NCBI GenBank assembly: GCA_041649575.1
Contig: JBAZMW010000005.1
Coordinates: 38,734 to 102,733, forward strand
Source of the DNA: Patescibacteria group bacterium
Lineage (GTDB): Bacteria > Patescibacteriota > Patescibacteriia > 2-01-FULL-39-33
DNA: 64,000 bases
Direction of reading: 5' to 3'
Part shown: piece after piece, positions 58,278 to 64,000 of the stretch
Layout: each line of letters starts with the position of its first letter
Numbering within the stretch: the first letter of the stretch is position 1
The notes under the pieces: generated by a model
Told to the model about the DNA's origin: nothing
What the model saw: only the letters and a program-made list of their open reading frames with translations
The model's database searches: none
Position numbers and translations under genes: made by a program

Positions 58278-61200
58278 TGAAAAAAATATTTTTTTTAATA
58301 ATCATTTTTATCGTTTTAACCAGCTTGATCTGGGCGGGTGTGGTTTTGGCTGTTAGCGAGAGTCGCGGCAGTAGTGTCAATATTAATGCCACCATTCCTA
58401 CTTCCGGCGGCCCGCCGGGCTGTCCGCCGAATTGTCCGCCCAAGCCGGATTCTTTGGTAATCGACCAGATTTCGGCTGTCGGCTTCTGCACCTCGGCCAC
58501 GGTTAACTGGCATACCTACCTTAGTCCCAGCGGCAAAGTAGCCAAAAGTACCGGCGTAGTCAGCTACTGGCCCAGTGGCCATCCAGAAGAAAAAGCTACA
58601 GTCAGCTCAACAGTGCCTTCGGAGTTTCACTCAGTGAATTTAAACGATTTAGAGCCACTGACTGCTTATGATTATGACATCACCGCTACCGCTGCAATCG
58701 GAGGAGCGTCTAGTGGCACCCTTAACTTCACTACCACTTGCGGCATCATTAATGCTTCGATTGTCGCCGAGCCGGAAGAGCGGGGAGTGAAAATTATCGT
58801 CAGCTATCCCGACGACCCGGATATTAGCAAAGTGATTATCAGAAAAAAAATCAACAGCGTTCCCCTTGATCAAAGCGATGGCGTTGAATTCTACTACGAC
58901 GCGCAGCCGCATCCGCCTTTAAGCAGTGAGTTATTTTTTGACCCGCATTTAGCCGGTGATCCGGGGCAACGCGATTATGACAATTTTTCTAATTTGAATG
59001 ATAATTACTGTTACGCGGTTTTTATTTGCAACAGCCACAATAACTGCTCCTCCGGTTCTTACGATTGCGCTCGCAGAGCCATACCAGAAGCCGATGGACT
59101 AATGGCTGTGCCCGGAAATGGGCGAATCGAGCTGCTCTGGTCCAATCCCGGCGATAATAGCGCCAGCGATTTTATTTTTAGCAAGACGCGACTGATAAAA
59201 ACCGGAGAGAATTGCTTGGCAGCTGACCCTACAGGAGGCGTGCTTCTAAGAGAAGGCGAGGCTACCGGCTATTTGGACGGCGCTTTGGAAAACAATCAGA
59301 CTTATTATTACAAACTATTTGTCAAAAATAGCTATGGCGAATATTCCGACGGCTTATGCTTAAGAGCCGTGCCTTCGGCTCAGGCTCAAGCCAGGTGTAT
59401 TAGCGGCGTTCGTTTGCAAAATGGCGACAAAAAAATAGAGGCTACTTGGATAAATCCGGAAAATGAAGCCGGGGTTTTTGAGCTGGACAGTGTCCAGTGG
59501 CAGAGAGATTCTTCTTGTGTTGTCTCTGCCGGTAGCGGCCAGACCATTTACAGCGGCCTGGGAAATAGTTTTTCTGATACCAACGTTAATAACGGTTCTC
59601 TCTATGCTTATAGCAGTTTTGTAAATTATAATAATGATAGTACCGCCAGCTGCGGTTGTTTTTACGGCTTACCTGCGACAGAAACCGAGTTGCCAGAAGA
59701 AGTTTGTCCGGAGTGTTCGCTTAGTTTACAGCGGCCCAGCTTTAAATTTTATGTCAACTCCGGAGCCTTAGAACTTTTGGCCAACCAAAACAAACTAGAC
59801 CTCCTGGCCGGCTACGATTTTTCAATCATCGCCGACCAAAGGGCTTTGCCTAAGCCGGTATCGCTTATGGTGGCCCAGCTTCAAGGCAAGAATTATTTTT
59901 TTTCGCTAAATAATTTACAGCAATCATATCAGGCTTCGCTAGCAACGCCTTTTAAGGAAGGAAGTTATAGTTTACAAATTACCACGGTTTACCAAGACAA
60001 AACCAAATCGGTGGAAACTTGGTATTTGATGATTTGGCCGCGCGGCGTGATCTTAGACGAAATCGGTCGTCCCATTAAAGGAGCCACTGTCTCGCTTTGG
60101 GCCGATAATGGCTCTTTGTCGGCCGGCCTGGGTTTTGCCAACCCCCAATCAACCGATACTTTTGGATCATACGGTTTAATGGTGGCCAGTGGCAAGTATT
60201 ATCTGGAAGTCGAATATAGGGGCTACCAAAAAGAGCGCTTGGCTGTCGAGATTAAAAACAACATTGTCAATGCCAACTTCAGGCTGATAAAAATAAAAAG
60301 TTTTTTGGAACAAGTTGTCGGGTCTTTGTCTAACTTGCTGCCGCCAGCCCGCCAAGCCAACAATTACATTGCTCCGGGCATAATGCTAATGGCTTTAATT
60401 AATACGGCGGCGGCTGTGCCTTTTTGGAATTTTGTTTATTATTTACAATATCTTTTCACCGAGCCGTTGGCTTGGCTGTTTAGGCGGCGGCGACAGGGCT
60501 GGGGAGTGGTCTTTAACTCTATCACTAAAAAACCGGTTGACCTGGCAGTAGTGCGGCTCTATGACCGTCAAGCGGGGCGGTTGTTGCGTTCACGGGTGAC
60601 GGATAAGGAGGGAAGATACAGTTTTTTGGTGGGTCAGGGAGTTTATTACTTGGAGGTGATCAAGGCGGGATTTGTCTTTCCCTCGAACATTTTAAAAGGC
60701 GTTAATGAGGACAGGAGTTACACCGATATTTATCATGGTCAAAACATTGAAATTAGAGACGACCAAAAAGGAATTATTATCGCCAACATACCTCTGGATC
60801 AAGAGGAACTAAAGATTACCGACAAACAGGTAATCAGTCGTGACTTTTGGAGAAAGGTTAAAGAGAATATTAGCGTTGTCAGCCCGATTTTAGCCATCAT
60901 TTCTTTCGCAGTGTCGCCCACGATTTTGATTGGTTCTTTTACCATCTTGCATCTGATTTTGTATCTTTTCTTTAGAAGGCTGGCCAAAACCAGACAGGCC
61001 AAGCCCTGGGGCGTCATTTACAATAAAGACAATAAAAAGTCATTGGCTAAGTCGGTAGTTCGAATTATCGCGCCGGAATACAACCGGATGCTCGAAGCCC
61101 AGGTGACCGACAATTATGGGCGTTATGGTTTTTTGGTGGACAATAATATTTATTATGTTACGGCCAACAAAGATGGTTACCGGGAGAAAAAGAGCGACGA

Positions 61201-61480
61201 GATTAATCTGGTTGGCAAAAAATCGAGCGAGGTGGTGGGGCAGGATTTGTCGCTGGAGCCGGTGAGCGGCAAGGGCGCAGTTGATTTTGGCGTCGGCTCG
61301 GAAACGGAAAAAACCACTGCAACGGAGGTTTTGGCTTCGCCCCAAGCGGCAGGTGGCCAGGATAATACCGCGCCAGAATCCAAGGAAGAAGCTAAGCAGC
61401 CGGACGAAATCGTCGCTGCCGCCGTTTCTGAAGTCAAAAGCGAAAACAAAGAAGTTATAAAAGAGGATTATCGTGGTTAA
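58277..61480 (+). CDS. Large envelope protein with three carboxypeptidase-regulatory-like (prealbumin-fold) repeats and internal TM helices
   Basis: 1067 aa. N-terminal signal/anchor. Repeats GATVSLWADNG..SGKYYLEV, GVVFNSITKKP..GVYYLEV, GVIYNKDNKKS..NIYYVTA. Two hydrophobic clusters. Acidic/Lys-rich tail. Confidence 0.55.
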   Translation: MKKIFFLIIIFIVLTSLIWAGVVLAVSESRGSSVNINATIPTSGGPPGCPPNCPPKPDSLVIDQISAVGFCTSATVNWHTYLSPSGKVAKSTGVVSYWPSGHPEEKATVSSTVPSEFHSVNLNDLEPLTAYDYDITATAAIGGASSGTLNFTTTCGIINASIVAEPEERGVKIIVSYPDDPDISKVIIRKKINSVPLDQSDGVEFYYDAQPHPPLSSELFFDPHLAGDPGQRDYDNFSNLNDNYCYAVFICNSHNNCSSGSYDCARRAIPEADGLMAVPGNGRIELLWSNPGDNSASDFIFSKTRLIKTGENCLAADPTGGVLLREGEATGYLDGALENNQTYYYKLFVKNSYGEYSDGLCLRAVPSAQAQARCISGVRLQNGDKKIEATWINPENEAGVFELDSVQWQRDSSCVVSAGSGQTIYSGLGNSFSDTNVNNGSLYAYSSFVNYNNDSTASCGCFYGLPATETELPEEVCPECSLSLQRPSFKFYVNSGALELLANQNKLDLLAGYDFSIIADQRALPKPVSLMVAQLQGKNYFFSLNNLQQSYQASLATPFKEGSYSLQITTVYQDKTKSVETWYLMIWPRGVILDEIGRPIKGATVSLWADNGSLSAGLGFANPQSTDTFGSYGLMVASGKYYLEVEYRGYQKERLAVEIKNNIVNANFRLIKIKSFLEQVVGSLSNLLPPARQANNYIAPGIMLMALINTAAAVPFWNFVYYLQYLFTEPLAWLFRRRRQGWGVVFNSITKKPVDLAVVRLYDRQAGRLLRSRVTDKEGRYSFLVGQGVYYLEVIKAGFVFPSNILKGVNEDRSYTDIYHGQNIEIRDDQKGIIIANIPLDQEELKITDKQVISRDFWRKVKENISVVSPILAIISFAVSPTILIGSFTILHLILYLFFRRLAKTRQAKPWGVIYNKDNKKSLAKSVVRIIAPEYNRMLEAQVTDNYGRYGFLVDNNIYYVTANKDGYREKKSDEINLVGKKSSEVVGQDLSLEPVSGKGAVDFGVGSETEKTTATEVLASPQAAGGQDNTAPESKEEAKQPDEIVAAAVSEVKSENKEVIKEDYRG

Positions 61481-61730
61481 ATTTTGTCAATTGAGAACAA
61501 TTAAGTATATAAATACTACAAATAGTAATTATTCTTTATTTAATTATCTAAATTAGGTATTTATATATAAATTTAATACCTGTTGATAACTTTTTATTGA
61601 CAATTGAGAACATAATCTTTTATAATTAACTTAAATACCAACAGCTAAAAATTAGCATAAAATGAGTAAAAACAGATTGTTTTATAAGCCATAATATTTT
61701 TTTATTCTGGCTTTTTATTTTTAAATAATA

Positions 61731-61925
61731 ATGAGCAATCGGATTCTGACAATTGAAGAAGTGGCCAAAACCATGAAGGTCAGTCTAAAAACTGTTTACC
61801 GCTGGATTAGTGCCGGCCAGTTGCCGGCTGCCAAAATTGGCTATAAAACCTACCGAGTTTTTGAAGGCGATTTAATTAAATTTTTAAGGCGCCATATGTT
61901 TTCTTCGGCGCGCCGTCTAAGATAG
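61731..61925 (+). CDS. Excisionase-family HTH DNA-binding protein (paralog of 56321)
   Basis: IEEVAKTMKVSLKTVYRWISAGQLP. Heads a second surface-protein gene. Confidence 0.6.
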   Translation: MSNRILTIEEVAKTMKVSLKTVYRWISAGQLPAAKIGYKTYRVFEGDLIKFLRRHMFSSARRLR

Positions 61926-61939
61926 AACAAACAACCGCC

Positions 61940-64000
61940 ATGTCTTTTTTAACGATAGAAAAATTTACTCCTAACTACAAAACCAGAATTATTAAAAAGC
62001 TAGTTTTAGCTATAGTTTTGCTTGTCGTGCCCCTAGTGGTTTTGGCGGCTTGGGCTTTTTTGGGAATGATGACCAATTCGGAATTCTTTTTGGCCCAAGC
62101 CGCCGTCGGGATTAACAAACAAATAAATTATCAGGGCAAGATTGCCAACTCCAGCGGCAATAATTTAACCGACGGTAATTACAGTTTTAAATTTGAATTA
62201 TACGATGCGCCGGATGCCGGCACCTTGCTTTGGAGCGAGGAATGGAAGACCGGCAGCGGGGCTGGTCCGGTGCAGTTAGTCGATAGTGTTTTTTCGGTGG
62301 CTCTGGGCACTTCGACGGCTTTGACCTCCAGTTTGTTTGCCAATGATAATTTATATTTACAGGTCTATTTGGATGCTGACAGTAACGGCGTTTATGAAGA
62401 AACTTTTTCTCCAAGAAAAAGAATTACCGCCAGTCCCTATGCTTTTAATTCCGATACGCTCGATGGTTATGACGCTACTACCACAGCCACAGCCAATAAG
62501 TTGTTGGTTTTAGACGGTAGCGCCGGTCTGACTTTAAATAGCGTGACCACCACTGGTTCTTTTTATGCCGGCAGTTATGCTTCTTCCACCGGCGGGCTCT
62601 ATAGCCAAGGCAACGGGCATTTTGGCGGGACTTTGACGGTTGATGGCAATGCCACCACCAGCGGCCATTATTATGTTGGAGGCGATCTGACTGTCGACGA
62701 CAATTTTTATGTCTTGGACAGCTCCAACGCCGCTGCATTATACAGCCTGAATCCAAGCTTGAATTTTTCTTTTCTGGCTTCCACCACCTTTACCAGTCTA
62801 AGCAATCATACTTACAGTTATACTTTCAATTCTTACCTTGATCCCAGCGCTGATTCGAGCTATTACCACTATAATTTTTTAAACGCCATAAATATTAACT
62901 CCAATAACACCAAAAACATACAAGCATTAGTAGCCGACAGCAACGTGGTTGTTCATTATGGCACCGGCAATTTGACTTACGGTTATGGCCAATTGAGCAC
63001 CGTGGAGTTAGCTGGCCTGGGCAACATAACCACGGCTAGCGGCGGCTGGTTTGAAGTCGCCAGTGGCGTGGATGTTGCGGCCGGTAATATTACCAACGCC
63101 TTGGGTGTTATGGGTAAGGTAAATAATGACGTTTATGGTGGCGCTATCACCAGCGCTCAAGCTATTTCGGGCATTATAAATAATGATGGCGGGACAATAA
63201 CCGATGCTTATGGCCTAAGAATATACGTGCCCAGCGGTAGTGGGGTCATTAATAATGACTATGGCGTTTATATCGAAAATCAAAATCGTGGCGGTAGCTT
63301 AAATTATAATATTTATTCCGCTGGTACCACGGGCCTTAATTATTTTGGCGGGCAGGTGGGCATTGCCACCACTACCCCCTGGTCTGGCTATGAACTAGCC
63401 GTTACTGGTGACGAAGTCTTGACGGGTAATCTCAAAGTCCTTGGCTACGGCCAATTTAACAATGTCTCCACCACCGATACTCTCTATGTTGGCGGTTATG
63501 CCTCTACCACCGGGGGCCTCTATACCCAAAGCAATGGCTGGTTTGGCAGTGCCGTGACAGTTGGTTCTAAACTGGGCATTGCCACCACCACTCCCTGGGA
63601 TAGCTACGAGTTAGCCATTACCGGTGACGCTATTTTGACGGGTAATCTCAAAGTGCTCGGCTACGGCCAATTCAACAATGTCTCCACCACCGATACCCTT
63701 TATGTGGGCGGCTATGCTTCCACCACCGGAGGATTATATACCCAGGGCAATGGGCATTTTGGTGGCAATCTCACAGTTGATAATAACGCCACCACCACCG
63801 GCTATCTCACGGTTGGCACTGCTCCCACGGGCGCCACTTTCTCCAGTGGCAACCTAAACATCCAGAATAGCTTGGTAGTGGGAGGCGGCATCACTCTGGG
63901 CGGAGTCTACCGCGACACTTGGCCCGCCGGCAGCGTTGGCAGCGCCGGTAGTTTCTGGGCCACCACCTCTAACAGTCTGATAGGTTATCCCGACCTAAGC
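61940..64000 (+). CDS. Large secreted repeat protein (3-prime partial, runs off the window), tail-fibre/adhesin-like
   Basis: The open frame from ATG 61940 shows no stop before the window end. N-terminal anchor LVLAIVLLVVPLVVLAAWAFLG. Repeated YVGGYASTTGGLYTQ(G/S)NG(H/W)FGG..T(V)DGNATTTG motifs. Two ~180-nt direct repeats (about 63349-63530 and 63560-63740). Absent from the ORF track because it has no in-window stop. Confidence 0.55.
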   Translation, partial: MSFLTIEKFTPNYKTRIIKKLVLAIVLLVVPLVVLAAWAFLGMMTNSEFFLAQAAVGINKQINYQGKIANSSGNNLTDGNYSFKFELYDAPDAGTLLWSEEWKTGSGAGPVQLVDSVFSVALGTSTALTSSLFANDNLYLQVYLDADSNGVYEETFSPRKRITASPYAFNSDTLDGYDATTTATANKLLVLDGSAGLTLNSVTTTGSFYAGSYASSTGGLYSQGNGHFGGTLTVDGNATTSGHYYVGGDLTVDDNFYVLDSSNAAALYSLNPSLNFSFLASTTFTSLSNHTYSYTFNSYLDPSADSSYYHYNFLNAININSNNTKNIQALVADSNVVVHYGTGNLTYGYGQLSTVELAGLGNITTASGGWFEVASGVDVAAGNITNALGVMGKVNNDVYGGAITSAQAISGIINNDGGTITDAYGLRIYVPSGSGVINNDYGVYIENQNRGGSLNYNIYSAGTTGLNYFGGQVGIATTTPWSGYELAVTGDEVLTGNLKVLGYGQFNNVSTTDTLYVGGYASTTGGLYTQSNGWFGSAVTVGSKLGIATTTPWDSYELAITGDAILTGNLKVLGYGQFNNVSTTDTLYVGGYASTTGGLYTQGNGHFGGNLTVDNNATTTGYLTVGTAPTGATFSSGNLNIQNSLVVGGGITLGGVYRDTWPAGSVGSAGSFWATTSNSLIGYPDLS

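Overview
The 64-kb window has a low-GC, Lys-rich backbone (about 40% GC) with compact housekeeping genes. Backbone genes: tsaD, tsaE, a tandem-fused PilB/GspE ATPase, ftsH, pgsA-like, rpsA, a sensor kinase, thrS, argS, a CheY-like receiver, ferredoxins, ileS, ruvA, typA/bipA, a DedA protein, a Mur ligase, rpoB, rpoC, and surface-protein operons led by excisionase-type HTH regulators. Several sharply bounded GC-rich segments (about 55-60% GC) are interleaved with this backbone. Their genes all carry strong Shine-Dalgarno sites. Two of them (10.6-13.0 kb and 15.3-19.9 kb) encode diderm-type envelope genes: two beta-barrel proteins ending in Phe, a LolA-like protein and an MMPL/RND exporter. Other GC-rich blocks hold a SAM methyltransferase, a PRTase-domain protein, a GNAT, hisS with an adjacent tRNA-His, and a 5.6-kb island between thrS and argS. 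That island is the most unusual feature. It holds a 226-aa orphan protein and an XPD/DinG-like Fe-S helicase, embedded in about 22 copies of a compound hairpin repeat. Each copy has a GC stem (GGCGGGAG/CTCCCGCC) with a variable 9-14 nt loop and compensatory stem changes, and is often followed by an AT-rich hairpin with CTAATCAATG/CATTGATTAG arms. About 2.2 kb between the two genes is non-coding. Other points of interest: a complete histidine-phosphatase (PGAM-like) domain inserted in the zinc-knuckle loop of IleRS; an MNT/HEPN toxin-antitoxin-like pair with a palindromic operator; three identical GTTATCCACAG (DnaA-box) 11-mers; two promoter-driven, terminator-ended candidate ncRNAs; and paired conserved intergenic elements. 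All coordinates come from manual reading and may be off by 1-2 nt; one ORF (ileS) showed a 1-nt discrepancy between my indexing and the ORF track. Product calls are motif-based, not search-based.
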